From: Minisyncoccota bacterium
GTDB taxonomy: Bacteria > Patescibacteriota > Minisyncoccia > Phycocordibacterales > GWA1-40-21
DNA length: 64,000 nucleotides
Direction: 5' to 3'
Assembly: GCA_041674925.1 (NCBI GenBank)
Contig: JBAYUW010000001.1
Coordinates: 5,967 to 69,966 of the forward strand
The notes under the pieces are model-generated. The model worked only from the letters and a program-made list of their open reading frames with translations. It was not told the DNA's origin and did not search any database. Shown here piece by piece: positions 31,964 to 41,722 of the stretch. Each line of letters opens with the position of its first letter. The stretch's first letter is position 1. The position numbers were made by a program, and so were the translations under genes.

Positions 31964-32085
31964 ATTTTTTATTAAAAATTCCGCCTATGGCGGATGTTTC
32001 GCCAAAAAGGTCTAAAGCCAAACCGCCAGCCCTAGGGTTATCTTTTTGAATTACTAAATAACCCCATCATTATACACGTCTTTGA

Positions 32086-33459
32086 TTAGAAATCAAGGGT
32101 GATTAAGTAAATGTCTTTTATAGCTGTTTTTTCTAAGGTGATTACAGTCGAAGCACCTTCAATTTTTATTTTCCTATTTTCAGTTGTTGGTGTCGCCGTA
32201 TTGGAATTGGAGAAGGGTACTTTCACAATTTGCACGGTTATCTCGCCAGTAGTTTTTGGTAGATTAGAGATTTTAAGAGAAATATTTCCACCTTTTTCCG
32301 AGCCTAAAAGGATTCCACCTTTGCGATTTTGAAGATCAAATGTGACGAGTGAGGGGAAGTTGATATTATCGGTGGTAGTAATTATTTTTCCACTTAGCTG
32401 TGAGTAGCCCTTGAAAGCATACCAGATTGATTTGGCCTGACCTTGACCATTAATCAGGTTGTCGAGACGGCCGTTTAGACAACCAGAAGTACCGTCAGGA
32501 TCATTCCAACACGCTTTCGCCGAAGCATCGATCTGTGCTTTTTCTAGGTTCTTAAAGTAGCGAATCATCAAGACGGGGTTAGAAGGGTCATTCGATGGGC
32601 CGTATTCTTGAATCTGAATTTTAGGATTTAAATTTTTGGTGGCTAGATAGGTTTTGATTTCTGCTACATGCGTTGGAATTTCTTCTGGGGTACTGGAATC
32701 GAGTTCGTGCCAAGTCAAAATATCTGGCATGACATTGTTTGCGGCTGAAAAATCAATAAAACCTTTCAATAATTGGGAATCGTAACCACTAAAACTTGGT
32801 CCAGCAATTTTGAAAGTCGGCGCTTCTTTTCGAATGGTCAAAAAAGCTCGACGCCAAGTTTCAGTTAAATTATTTTGAATTTCAGCATTGCTCCAACCGA
32901 CACTTTTACCGTGTCGCACCCAAATCGAAGTTGGTTCATTAAAGATGTCCACTTCGAGCGCTCGATTACCAATTTTTTCTTCAATTTCACGCACAATTGT
33001 GCCAATATATGTCTCCCATTTGGTCCAATTGTCATTTTCACCCGGCCAAAAACCCTTGGTCCAGCCAGTCGTTGGTTCTAGGTCCGATAGAATCACTTGT
33101 GGTCTCATTCCCGCTGAGTTTATTCTTTGGGCGATTGGCATACTCTTAAACCACCACAGTGGCCCGCGAACATATTCTGGTTTTAAACCTTCTAATAATG
33201 TACGATTTGGTGATGTGGCATCAAAGCCAAAAGTGAAACCCAAGCCGACACCCGTCAAATTAGTTTCAGTTTTATTTAAATCAATCAGGATTTGATCACC
33301 GCTGATTACTACTGGCTTAGTGCTCGTGGCTGGATCTGGCAGAATGTTAGGAATTGTGATTCCGGTAATAAGATGATTACGTTTTGCTAAACGCCAGCCA
33401 ATAAAGACGATGAGAGCAATAACTATTAATAAAATTAAAATTTTTAACATCATTTTCAT
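32086..33459 (-). CDS. membrane-anchored clan GH-A-like glycoside hydrolase with C-terminal beta-sandwich
   Basis: N-terminal TM MLKILILLIVIALIVFIGW. A candidate acid/base VDIFNEPT (NEP) and nucleophile IQEYGP sit in a (beta/alpha)8-like spacing. The GH family is not assignable by eye. Confidence 0.55.
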   Translation of the reverse strand: MKMMLKILILLIVIALIVFIGWRLAKRNHLITGITIPNILPDPATSTKPVVISGDQILIDLNKTETNLTGVGLGFTFGFDATSPNRTLLEGLKPEYVRGPLWWFKSMPIAQRINSAGMRPQVILSDLEPTTGWTKGFWPGENDNWTKWETYIGTIVREIEEKIGNRALEVDIFNEPTSIWVRHGKSVGWSNAEIQNNLTETWRRAFLTIRKEAPTFKIAGPSFSGYDSQLLKGFIDFSAANNVMPDILTWHELDSSTPEEIPTHVAEIKTYLATKNLNPKIQIQEYGPSNDPSNPVLMIRYFKNLEKAQIDASAKACWNDPDGTSGCLNGRLDNLINGQGQAKSIWYAFKGYSQLSGKIITTTDNINFPSLVTFDLQNRKGGILLGSEKGGNISLKISNLPKTTGEITVQIVKVPFSNSNTATPTTENRKIKIEGASTVITLEKTAIKDIYLITLDF

Positions 33460-33539
33460 ACTTTTATTGTATCAGACTGGTTTTATTAGGCAAATTTTAG
33501 GTTGTTTTTTACCCTCAGATTTGCTATAATTAAGGAGTT

Positions 33540-34178
33540 ATGATTATCACTTATCAAGGAGTGGAATTTTTTAAAGTGCAGTTTGGGGATACTATCCTAG
33601 CCTTTAATCCGATTTCCAAAGAGTCAAAATTTAAACCAACTCGTTTTTTCTCTGATGTCGCTTTGGTCACGTCCAACAATCCTGATTTTAATGGCGTCGA
33701 AAACTTGTCTTATAACGGCAAGGATCCACTCGTAATTTCCGGTCCTGGTGAATATGAAACTAAGGGAGTCTTTATCAAAGGCTTTGCTTCCAAGACAAAC
33801 TATGGTGGCAAAGAAAAAATTAACACTGTTTATACCGTTGTCTTGGAAGGTATGACTTTGTGTTTTTTGGGGGCGACGGCCGATGAAAAATTAAGCCCGG
33901 AGTTTATGGAATCAATTGAAGACATTGATATTCTCTTTGTGCCGATTGGTGGTGAAGGGGTGTTGGATGCTAGTCATGCCAACAAACTAGCCGTGACTTT
34001 GGAACCGAAAATTATTATCCCGATGCATTATGGTGATGTCGGGGCAGATAACGCTTTGAAAAAGTTTTTGAAAGAAGCTGGGGAAGACAATGTCAAACCG
34101 GTTGATAAATTGACCTTAAAAAAGAAAGATTTAGAAGGTAAGGAAGGTGATATCGTAGTTTTGGAACAAGCTAATTAA
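33540..34178 (+). CDS. MBL-fold metal-dependent hydrolase (UPF0173-like)
   Basis: MIITYQGVEFFKVQFGDTILAFNP...DILFVPIGG...IIIPMHYG is a typical layout for short beta-lactamase-fold proteins. Confidence 0.65.
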   Translation: MIITYQGVEFFKVQFGDTILAFNPISKESKFKPTRFFSDVALVTSNNPDFNGVENLSYNGKDPLVISGPGEYETKGVFIKGFASKTNYGGKEKINTVYTVVLEGMTLCFLGATADEKLSPEFMESIEDIDILFVPIGGEGVLDASHANKLAVTLEPKIIIPMHYGDVGADNALKKFLKEAGEDNVKPVDKLTLKKKDLEGKEGDIVVLEQAN

Positions 34179-34185
34179 AATTAAA

Positions 34186-34458
34186 ATGAGTATTTTAGAA
34201 AAAATTAGACAAAAAGATGATCGACAGAAAAAGATTTTTTCTTTTGTTTCGGCTTTAGTTTTAACTTTGGTAATTTTGGTCGGTTGGTTATCTTTATCCA
34301 ATAAATCAGAAAGTAATTTAGTTATAGAAAAACAGGAAAATAAGTTAAGTTCGGTTAGTCCAATGCAGATGATCAGAGACGAATTCTCCAAAGCTTTTGC
34401 TAATTTTAATCAATCGGTAGAAATTGTGAGTACTACGACCGAAGAAATAAATCAATAA
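34186..34458 (+). CDS. hypothetical single-pass membrane protein
   Basis: One TM helix [21 protein letters not shown]. Tightly packed before gyrA. Confidence 0.4.
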   Translation: MSILEKIRQKDDRQKKIFSFVSALVLTLVILVGWLSLSNKSESNLVIEKQENKLSSVSPMQMIRDEFSKAFANFNQSVEIVSTTTEEINQ

Positions 34459-34459
34459 G

Positions 34460-36916
34460 ATGGCCAAAGAAGAAATTAAAAAAGAAAAGGTAGTTGAAAG
34501 AGGTATTTCTGCTAGAAATATTACTGTTGAGATGAAGGAGTCGTATTTGGATTATGCCATGTCGGTTATTACCTCGCGTGCTTTGCCCGATGTGCGTGAC
34601 GGTTTAAAACCAGTGCATCGTCGAATCTTGTATGCCATGCATGAGATGGGTTTAACTTCTGGTGCTAAAACTCGAAAGTCTGCGGCCGTGGTTGGAGAGG
34701 TGCTTGGTAATTATCACCCACACGGTGACGCTTCGGTTTATGAAGCGATGGTGAAAATGGCGCAAGATTTTTCTCACCGTTATCCTTTAATCGTGGGACA
34801 AGGAAACTTTGGAAACATTGATGGAGACTCGGCAGCGGCCATGCGTTATACCGAAGCCAAAATGTCGAAAGTTGCGGGTGAGCTTTTAAAAGATTTAGAA
34901 AAAGAAACTGTTGAGTGGCGACCAAACTATGACAATACTAGACAAGAACCTGATGTCTTACCGGCCGCTTTACCAAACTTACTTTTGAATGGAACCTTGG
35001 GAATCGCTGTGGGTATGGCCACAAACATCCCACCTCACAATTTGAAAGAAGTTGTTGAGGCGACAGTCCATCTAATAGATAATTCTGAAGCAACAACGGA
35101 AGATTTACTGGGCTTTATTAAGGGGCCGGATTTTCCTACTGGTGGCGTGGCTTATAATCAAACTGATATCAATCATGCTTATGCCACCGGTCGTGGCGGT
35201 GTTGTAGTTCGCGGTGTGGCCGAGATTGTTGAAGATAAAAAGGGAGCTTATCAGATCATCATTACTTCGATTCCGTACCGCGTGAACAAAGCGGAATTGA
35301 TCATTGCGATTGCTGATTTGGTGCGCGAAAAAAAGGTGGAAGGTATTCGTGGTTTACGTGATGAATCAGCCAAAGATTTGCGAATCGTAATTGATTTAAA
35401 AAACGGCGCTCAACCACAGAAAGTTTTAAACTTTATTTATAAACACACTCAACTCGAAGAAGCTTTTCATTACAACTTGGTCGCCTTGGTTAAAGGTGTG
35501 CCACAAACCTTGTCTCTGAAATCATTTTTGGATGAATTTATTGACCACCGAAAAATCGTTGTTAAGAGACGCACGGAATTTGATTTGAAAAAAGCCGAGG
35601 CTCGCGAGCATATCTTGCTGGGCTTGAAAAAAGCCCTTGATCATATTGATGAAATCATCAAGATAATCAAAAAGAGTAAGGATATAGAAGATTCTAAAAA
35701 GAATTTGATTAAAGCTTTCAAATTTTCGGAAATTCAAGCCCAGACGATTGTGGATATGAAGATCGGTCGCTTGTCTGGTTTGGAGAGACAGAAAATTGAA
35801 GATGAGTTGAAAGAAGTGCAGTCTTTAATCAAGAATCTAAAAGAAATTTTGGCCAGCGCCAAGAAAATTCTTGGTATTGTGAAGAGTGAATTGCAAGAGA
35901 CGGCTTTGAAGTATGCCGATGAGCGGAAAACCAAAATTGTGAAGTCGGGAGTCGGCTCGATGTCGGATGAAGATTTAATTGCTGATGAAGAGAATGTGCT
36001 CGTGCTCACGACTGGTGGCTATATTAAGAGAACTAATCCCGATGAGTATAGAAAGCAAAAAAGAGGGGGAGTTGGCGTGGTAGATTTAGATACTAAAGAC
36101 GAGGATTTTGTGGTTAATTTTTTGACCGCTACCACCCACAATGACATTCTATTCTTCAGTGATAAAGGTAAGGCCTATCAAATCAAAATGCATGAATTAC
36201 CAGAGGGCAGGAGAGCCACAAAAGGTAAAGCTTTGGTGAATTATCTATCAATTTCTAATGAGGAAAAAGTCACTTCTGTTTTAGCCATGCCTAAAGAGCT
36301 AAAGAATTCAAAATTAGCTTTGATGATGGTGACGAAACAGGGTGTGGCGAAAAAAGTGGATGCTGCTGCCTTTCATGATGTCCGACGCAGTGGTCTGATC
36401 GCGATCAGTTTGCATGATGGCGATGAATTAACCTCCGTGCAGTTTGTCGCACCAAACGATGAGATGATTTTAGCTACTGCGAAAGGTCAATCTATCAGAT
36501 TTAAAGAAAAAGATATTCGCGAAATGGGTCGTGGGGCAGCCGGCGTGCGGGCAGTGAAAATGTCTAAAGATGATCACGTGGTCAGTACCGATGTGATTAA
36601 AAAAGATATGCCAAATCCTACTTTCTTTGTCATTAGCTCCAACGGTTACGGTAAAAAAACTGCCCTAAAAGAATATAAAGTTCAAAATCGCGGTGGTTCG
36701 GGTATTAAGACTATGAAGGTTACTCCAAAAACCGGTAAAATTATCTCAGCCAAAGTTTTGACGGATGCTCAAGAAGAAATTGCGGCTATTTCTCAAAAAA
36801 GTCAGGTCATTCGCGTGGCAACTAAAGAGATTCCTACTCTGGGACGACAAACTCAAGGCGTCCGTATTATGAAACTTCGAGAAGGGGATAATTTGGCTTC
36901 GGTGACTTGTTTGTAG
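34460..36916 (+). CDS. gyrA: DNA gyrase subunit A
   Basis: [32 protein letters not shown] (catalytic Tyr), and C-terminal beta-pinwheel repeats with a GyrA-box-like QKRGGVG. Confidence 0.97.
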   Translation: MAKEEIKKEKVVERGISARNITVEMKESYLDYAMSVITSRALPDVRDGLKPVHRRILYAMHEMGLTSGAKTRKSAAVVGEVLGNYHPHGDASVYEAMVKMAQDFSHRYPLIVGQGNFGNIDGDSAAAMRYTEAKMSKVAGELLKDLEKETVEWRPNYDNTRQEPDVLPAALPNLLLNGTLGIAVGMATNIPPHNLKEVVEATVHLIDNSEATTEDLLGFIKGPDFPTGGVAYNQTDINHAYATGRGGVVVRGVAEIVEDKKGAYQIIITSIPYRVNKAELIIAIADLVREKKVEGIRGLRDESAKDLRIVIDLKNGAQPQKVLNFIYKHTQLEEAFHYNLVALVKGVPQTLSLKSFLDEFIDHRKIVVKRRTEFDLKKAEAREHILLGLKKALDHIDEIIKIIKKSKDIEDSKKNLIKAFKFSEIQAQTIVDMKIGRLSGLERQKIEDELKEVQSLIKNLKEILASAKKILGIVKSELQETALKYADERKTKIVKSGVGSMSDEDLIADEENVLVLTTGGYIKRTNPDEYRKQKRGGVGVVDLDTKDEDFVVNFLTATTHNDILFFSDKGKAYQIKMHELPEGRRATKGKALVNYLSISNEEKVTSVLAMPKELKNSKLALMMVTKQGVAKKVDAAAFHDVRRSGLIAISLHDGDELTSVQFVAPNDEMILATAKGQSIRFKEKDIREMGRGAAGVRAVKMSKDDHVVSTDVIKKDMPNPTFFVISSNGYGKKTALKEYKVQNRGGSGIKTMKVTPKTGKIISAKVLTDAQEEIAAISQKSQVIRVATKEIPTLGRQTQGVRIMKLREGDNLASVTCL

Positions 36917-36922
36917 TAAACT

Positions 36923-36945
36923 AGCCTTATTTTATAAGGTTTTTT
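36923..36945 (+). terminator. gyrA terminator hairpin
   Basis: AGCCTTAT-ttt-ATAAGGTT followed by TTTTT. Confidence 0.6.
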
Positions 36946-36964
36946 AAATATATCTAAATTTACC

Positions 36965-36993
36965 TTGACTTCTTATCTATTTGGGTGTATAAT
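36965..36993 (+). promoter_or_regulatory. conserved promoter module (copy C) driving GC-rich cassette B
   Basis: cCTTGACTTcttatctATTTGGGTGTATAAT: TTGACT, 17-nt spacer, TATAAT. About 26/31 identical to the modules at 56266-56294 and 57198-57226. Confidence 0.7.
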
Positions 36994-37054
36994 AGCAAAT
37001 AGATTGGGGTGTTTGAAAATTAGTACATGTGGCGATGCCACGGAGGATTAAGTC

Positions 37055-37519
37055 ATGACAAGACTGATGTTTTGGTCCTTGGTAACCTTGCTGGGAGGCG
37101 GGATGCTCGTCCTTGGTTTTATCAAAAAGAAAAACTGGCGGGCCCTTATGCTTTTCGGAGCCTTGTTTTTTATGGTGGGCGTACAGGTAATAGAATTTTA
37201 CCTCGAGCCCAAAGTATCACCAGTGAAGAATCAAGTTCAAATCGAGGCAGAAGATGGTTTTTTTGGCCTCGGCTATCTTCCGGTGGTGAGTAACAGCTAC
37301 TGCAAGTATAGTGGCGCGCATATGATCACCGTTGTGAATACCAACGATCCTGCTTTCCGAGCAGACTGTGTTGTTCGGGAAGAAGCAGAACATGATTCGA
37401 TCGTGTATCTGGCTAATGGAGAAGCGGTGGCTTATGTCGGTTTCCGACTTCTCGGTTCCGAGAGCAACAAGGTTTACTTCGTGTTGCGCGATGCCTATCG
37501 TCTGTACCCACTCAAGTGA
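37055..37519 (+). CDS. hypothetical 2-TM membrane protein, GC-rich ORFan (cassette B)
   Basis: GGAGG at 37042-46, 8 nt before the ATG. TM helices FWSLVTLLGGGMLVLGFI and ALMLFGALFFMVGVQVIEF, then a beta-rich soluble domain. 29/60 G+C at 37381-37440. Confidence 0.6.
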   Translation: MTRLMFWSLVTLLGGGMLVLGFIKKKNWRALMLFGALFFMVGVQVIEFYLEPKVSPVKNQVQIEAEDGFFGLGYLPVVSNSYCKYSGAHMITVVNTNDPAFRADCVVREEAEHDSIVYLANGEAVAYVGFRLLGSESNKVYFVLRDAYRLYPLK

Positions 37520-37536
37520 CACACCTGTTCCTCTCG

Positions 37537-37576
37537 AGCCCTGCCTAGCATTTCGGTGCGAAGCGGGGCTTTTTTT
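37537..37576 (+). terminator. GC-rich intrinsic terminator of cassette B
   Basis: AGCCCTGC...GCGGGGCT 8-bp stem followed by TTTTTT. Confidence 0.7.
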
Positions 37577-37659
37577 ATTGTAATTTTCTTAAACTGCCCC
37601 GTCTTTAGGAAATGAGGTCGGGAGGTGATTTTGAAAGTCTGTTGTGGTATAATAATCCC

Positions 37660-38187
37660 ATGTTCTCTGATCCGGAAAATAATATTCGACAACTATCTTT
37701 AGTCGATGGTATGCATGTGGCTGATTTTGGTTCGGGCTCAGGTTTTTATAGTCTAGCAATTGCCAAAGCCGTCGCTCCAACTGGGCGAGTTTTTGCTGTC
37801 GATATTCAAAAAGATTTATTGCAAAAGTTGAAAAACGGTGCGAAGCAAAGTCATTTAAATAACGTTGATATTATCTGGGGTGATTTAGAGCATTTAGGTG
37901 GCACAAAACTGCGAGAAAATTCGATGGACGCCGTGGTGGTCGCTAATCTCTTTTTTCAGATTCAAAATAAAGACGGATTATGTTTAGAGATTAAGCGAGT
38001 TTTGAAACCAAAAGCCCGCGTCTTGGTAGTTGATTGGTCTGCATCTTTTGGTGGTATTGGTCCTCAAGAAAATGATGTCGTGCCAAAAATCAACATGACG
38101 ACCTTGTTTCATGATCATGGTTTTACTTTGGATCGCGAAATCGCCGCCGGCGCCGAGCATTATGGTTTGGTTTTTAGAAAAAATTAA
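37660..38187 (+). CDS. class I SAM-dependent methyltransferase
   Basis: Motif I VADFGSGSGFYS, VFAVDIQ, and motif IV-like VVVANLFF. The ORF is open from 37612, but TGGTATAAT (37645-53) lies 6 nt before ATG 37660. Confidence 0.7.
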   Translation: MFSDPENNIRQLSLVDGMHVADFGSGSGFYSLAIAKAVAPTGRVFAVDIQKDLLQKLKNGAKQSHLNNVDIIWGDLEHLGGTKLRENSMDAVVVANLFFQIQNKDGLCLEIKRVLKPKARVLVVDWSASFGGIGPQENDVVPKINMTTLFHDHGFTLDREIAAGAEHYGLVFRKN

Positions 38188-38197
38188 TTTTAAATAA

Positions 38198-39505
38198 ATG
38201 AAGAATACTAAATTATTTCAATACGTCTTAATCGGTGTTTTCGTTTTCTTTATTATTATCGGGGCGATCATGTTTGCTACTTATCGTTCTACTAGTCAGT
38301 CCACAGCCGATATCAATATTTCTGTTTGGGGAACTTTGTCAGCAGATAATTTTGAATCTTTCGTTAATCGTTATTTTAATGATACAGAAATTAAATCTCA
38401 AGTTGAATATAAAGAAGTTGAGATTGCTGATTTTGATAAAGAATTAGTTGAAGCTCTCGCCAGTGGTGTTGGTCCAGACGCCGTCATCTTGCCAGAAGAT
38501 TTAATTGTGAGATATCGTAATAAAGTTTATCCAATCCCATACACTACTTTACCTGAACTTACTTTTAAACAAACCTATATTCAAGAGGGGGAGCTTTATT
38601 TGAATAATCAAGGTATTATCGCTTTACCATTTAGTCTTGATCCGTTAGTAATGTATTGGAATCGTGACATTTTTAACAATATTGGTGTGACTAAACCACC
38701 AGTCAGCTGGACCGAAATTTCATCATTGATTCCTAAAATTACTCAAAAAGATTCAGCTCAGAATATTTCTCGCAGCACCGTCGCGCTCGGAGAGTTTAGA
38801 AATATAAATAATGCCAAGGAAATACTGAGTGCTTTGATTATGCAAGCTGGTAATCCGATCGTTTCTTTAAATTTAGGCGACGATTCGTTGACTAGTGTTT
38901 TAGATAGTGATCTTAATCTTTCGAGTTTGCCCACCTCGGCCGCTTTGCAGTTTTATACCAATTTTTCTAATCCAGTGAAAAAAGAATATACCTGGAATCG
39001 CGCCCTGCCTTCTTCGCTCGATGCTTTTGCCAATGGTGATTTAGCCATATATTTTGGTTTTTCTTCAGAATATGTGAAAATTAAAAATAAAAATCCTAAT
39101 TTAAATTTTGATGTAGCCTTATTACCACAAGCTCAAGGCGCAAAGACTTACAGTACTTTTGGTAACATGTTAGGCTTGGCGATAATGAAGAATTCCGCCA
39201 ATCCGGCTGGTACCTACTCTATTATTTCGGCTTTGGCTAGTGCTCAAGCGGTACCATTTTGGCAAGATTTGTTTAATGTCCCTTCCGCTCGGCGAGATGT
39301 TTTGAGTCAAAATGAAAAAAACGCGGTTAAAACTATTTTCAATAAATCAGCCATCATGAGTCGTGGTTGGCTTGATCCCGACGGCATCAAAACCGGCACC
39401 ATCTTTCAAGAGATGGTCGAATCATACACCACCGGTCGCAGCACTCTCGATGAAGCCGTCATCACCGCCTCGGCCCGTTTAGATAGTTTGTTAAATAATA
39501 AATAA
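38198..39505 (+). CDS. extracellular solute-binding protein (ABC family-1 sugar-type SBP), TM-anchored, no cognate permease/ATPase adjacent
   Basis: N-terminal anchor YVLIGVFVFFIIIGAIMFA. ISVWGT..., GVGPDAVILPEDL, LPFSLDPLVMYWNRDIFNNIGVTKPPVSWTEI and LAIYFGFSSEY are typical SBP_bac_1 segments. Confidence 0.75.
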   Translation: MKNTKLFQYVLIGVFVFFIIIGAIMFATYRSTSQSTADINISVWGTLSADNFESFVNRYFNDTEIKSQVEYKEVEIADFDKELVEALASGVGPDAVILPEDLIVRYRNKVYPIPYTTLPELTFKQTYIQEGELYLNNQGIIALPFSLDPLVMYWNRDIFNNIGVTKPPVSWTEISSLIPKITQKDSAQNISRSTVALGEFRNINNAKEILSALIMQAGNPIVSLNLGDDSLTSVLDSDLNLSSLPTSAALQFYTNFSNPVKKEYTWNRALPSSLDAFANGDLAIYFGFSSEYVKIKNKNPNLNFDVALLPQAQGAKTYSTFGNMLGLAIMKNSANPAGTYSIISALASAQAVPFWQDLFNVPSARRDVLSQNEKNAVKTIFNKSAIMSRGWLDPDGIKTGTIFQEMVESYTTGRSTLDEAVITASARLDSLLNNK

Positions 39506-39506
39506 A

Positions 39507-39875
39507 ATGAAATCATTTTTTATAACTTTTTTAGTTTTAGTAATGCCGCTTACTGTTTTGGGAGCGACAGGCCTTGTCACTTGTGATGGGTCAGATTGCG
39601 ATATCGATGCTTTCATCAAAATGATCAACAATATCATTAACTGGATTATTGGAATTTCGATTACAATCTTTGCGATTTCTTTGATCTGGGGTGGTTTTCT
39701 CTATATGACCTCGGGGGAAAATACTGGTAATAAAGAAAAAGCCAAAACTATCATCTGGTCAACCCTGAAAGGGTTTGTTATAATATTAGTTGCTTGGGTA
39801 ATTGTTTACACAATATTAAATACTCTAGTTAAAGATCCAGGCTCCAACACAATATTTAAATTCCTGGAGGAATAA
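39507..39875 (+). CDS. VirB2/TrbC-like 'T4SS pilin' family small membrane protein (paralog 1)
   Basis: Signal peptide, then GLVTCDGSDCD, then TM, short charged loop (SGENTGNKEKAK) and TM. This matches the CPR pilin-like family architecture. Confidence 0.65.
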   Translation: MKSFFITFLVLVMPLTVLGATGLVTCDGSDCDIDAFIKMINNIINWIIGISITIFAISLIWGGFLYMTSGENTGNKEKAKTIIWSTLKGFVIILVAWVIVYTILNTLVKDPGSNTIFKFLEE

Positions 39876-39888
39876 AAATCAATATTTT

Positions 39889-40245
39889 ATGAAAACATTT
39901 TTCAAAAAACGCCTAATAATAAATCTACTTTCTTTTGTCATTCTCTTTTTACCAATGTTTCTATTTGCGGCCGAGACGATACATAACCCCTTAAAATCAA
40001 ACGATGTCAACGCTATTCTTGGAGATATTATGAAACTTGTGGCTACGGCTGGAGCAATTGTGGTCGTGTTTTTCATAATTTATTCTGGTTATAAATTCGT
40101 CACCGCGCGCGGTAATGAAAGCGAGGTGACAAAAGCCAAGGATATCTTCTGGGCTACAATTATTGGTGGGGCGATTTTATTAGGAGCTGATGTGATTGCC
40201 ACCGTGGTAATCAACACGGTTAGAACTACCACGGGAGCTCAATAA
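39889..40245 (+). CDS. VirB2/TrbC-like small membrane protein (paralog 2)
   Basis: Signal peptide ...LFLPMFLFAAE, TM, loop ARGNESEVTKAK, TM. Confidence 0.6.
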   Translation: MKTFFKKRLIINLLSFVILFLPMFLFAAETIHNPLKSNDVNAILGDIMKLVATAGAIVVVFFIIYSGYKFVTARGNESEVTKAKDIFWATIIGGAILLGADVIATVVINTVRTTTGAQ

Positions 40246-40265
40246 TTTTTAATTAATAAAATAAA

Positions 40266-40562
40266 ATGAATACACCGGATAATTTCAAAGAGCTAGTCCA
40301 AGATACTTTCATTGAGGGTATTTTAAATCCAATCGTGCCTTTTTTGATTGGTTTGGCGGTCGTTATGTTTATTTACGGAGTCTTACTCTTCATGTTTAAT
40401 GACGGTGGGGAAAAGAGGGAAGAGGGTAAACAATATATGATCTGGGGCATTGTCGGTATCTTTGTCATGGTTTCAGTTTGGGGTTTGGTAGCGATTTTGA
40501 CCGGTACTTTTCAATTAAACAATAGCGTACCGACAATCCAAATGAACGTACCGAATCTATAG
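40266..40562 (+). CDS. VirB2/TrbC-like small membrane protein (paralog 3, no obvious signal peptide)
   Basis: TM, loop NDGGEKREEGKQ, TM. Shares WGI.GIFVMVSVWGLVAIL with paralogs 4 and 5. Confidence 0.55.
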   Translation: MNTPDNFKELVQDTFIEGILNPIVPFLIGLAVVMFIYGVLLFMFNDGGEKREEGKQYMIWGIVGIFVMVSVWGLVAILTGTFQLNNSVPTIQMNVPNL

Positions 40563-40649
40563 GGGTAGTTGCCACTTTTTTATAATAAGTTATAATTACA
40601 CAGTAAATAAAAGGTCGGATAATAAAATTTTACCAATAAAAATAATTTC

Positions 40650-41018
40650 GTGAAAAAAATAGCAAGTTTAATCTCAGCCATAGTTTTGCTTCTCCCAATG
40701 ATTGGATCAGCCGCGGTGAACTCAACTTATTTTACCGATGTGATCAAGGAAGGATCAAAGGTGTTGAATGATCTGGTGATTTTCTTGGTTGCCTTGGCTG
40801 TCGTCTGGTTTATTTGGAATGTGATTCGTTACACCCTAGCCGATGATGAGGAAAAAAAAGGAGCAGCTAAAATGCAGATGGTTTGGGGTATTATCGCTAT
40901 TGCGGTCATTGTTTCGGTCTGGGGCTTGGTAGCTATCTTAAGAAATATGTTTGGGGTTGATAATAATAGTGCTATTCCCACCAGAGAGATAAATAGTATG
41001 ATTCCTCAGGTTCGATAA
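40650..41018 (+). CDS. VirB2/TrbC-like small membrane protein (paralog 4)
   Basis: GTG start. Signal peptide, then ALAVVWFIWNVIRYT-LADDEEKKGAAK-...WGIIAIAVIVSVWGLVAIL. Confidence 0.6.
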   Translation: MKKIASLISAIVLLLPMIGSAAVNSTYFTDVIKEGSKVLNDLVIFLVALAVVWFIWNVIRYTLADDEEKKGAAKMQMVWGIIAIAVIVSVWGLVAILRNMFGVDNNSAIPTREINSMIPQVR

Positions 41019-41053
41019 TGTTTATTAATTTATTAGTTTTAATTAAAAAAAAT

Positions 41054-41410
41054 ATGAAGAAGTTTGTGAAAGTTATTGCCGGTTCCGCTTGGGCTCTGCC
41101 ATTTGTGGCTTTAGCTCAAGAAGCTAACGCTAGTTATATTAGTTCGCTTATTGATAGTGCCAAGACTGTCTTGGACCAATTGGTGGTCTTTTTAATTGCT
41201 TTAGCTGTCGTTTGGTTCATTTGGAACGTCATTCGCTATACTATGTCCTCTGATGAAGAGAAGAAAGGTGCGGCAAAGGGTCAGATGATTTGGGGTATTA
41301 TCGCTATTGCGGTTATTGTCTCAGTTTGGGGTTTGGTCGCCATCTTACAAAGCCTATTCGGAGTTGGTAATACCAGCGCTGGTGATGTCGGTGGTCTTTT
41401 GCCTCAATAA
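41054..41410 (+). CDS. VirB2/TrbC-like small membrane protein (paralog 5, recent duplicate of paralog 4)
   Basis: The core is identical to paralog 4 over ALAVVWFIWNVIRYT, DEEKKGAAK and WGIIAIAVIVSVWGLVAIL. The DNA differs mostly at synonymous sites. Confidence 0.6.
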   Translation: MKKFVKVIAGSAWALPFVALAQEANASYISSLIDSAKTVLDQLVVFLIALAVVWFIWNVIRYTMSSDEEKKGAAKGQMIWGIIAIAVIVSVWGLVAILQSLFGVGNTSAGDVGGLLPQ

Positions 41411-41412
41411 TT

Positions 41413-41676
41413 ATGAATTCCTCATCATCAATCGGAGATTATAACACCCTTTTGATTAGTATTTTAGAGAATATTGGTAATCCTCTTGTTACCCTAATGT
41501 TGGGTGTGGCGGTGGTTTACTTTCTCTACGGAGTATTCGTCTTCGTCCGTAATGCCGAAAGTCCGGAAAAAAGGAAGGAGGGTGGAATGCATATACTTTT
41601 TGGAGCTCTGGGTCTATTCATTATGATCTCGGCCTATGGAATTATAAATTTGATTTTGGGCACGATGGGGAAATAG
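41413..41676 (+). CDS. VirB2/TrbC-like small membrane protein (paralog 6)
   Basis: TM, loop NAESPEKRKEGG, TM. The N-terminus resembles paralog 3. Confidence 0.55.
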   Translation: MNSSSSIGDYNTLLISILENIGNPLVTLMLGVAVVYFLYGVFVFVRNAESPEKRKEGGMHILFGALGLFIMISAYGIINLILGTMGK

Positions 41677-41690
41677 AAATAAGTTAAAAT

Positions 41691-41722
41691 AAAAACACCT
41701 AGTAAATTTACTAGGTGTTTTT
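41691..41722. terminator. perfect 32-nt palindrome, bidirectional terminator
   Basis: AAAAACACCTAGTAAA|TTTACTAGGTGTTTTT lies between the pilin array (+) and tRNA-Leu (-). Confidence 0.8.

Noticed and set aside
37027-37692. Alternative-frame and antisense ORFs around cassette B (37027-37293 +, 37217-37522 -, 37368-37583 +, 37495-37692 -)
   Set aside because: They overlap the better-supported 37055-37519 ORF, which has an SD and TM helices, or they overlap the terminator. None has start signals.
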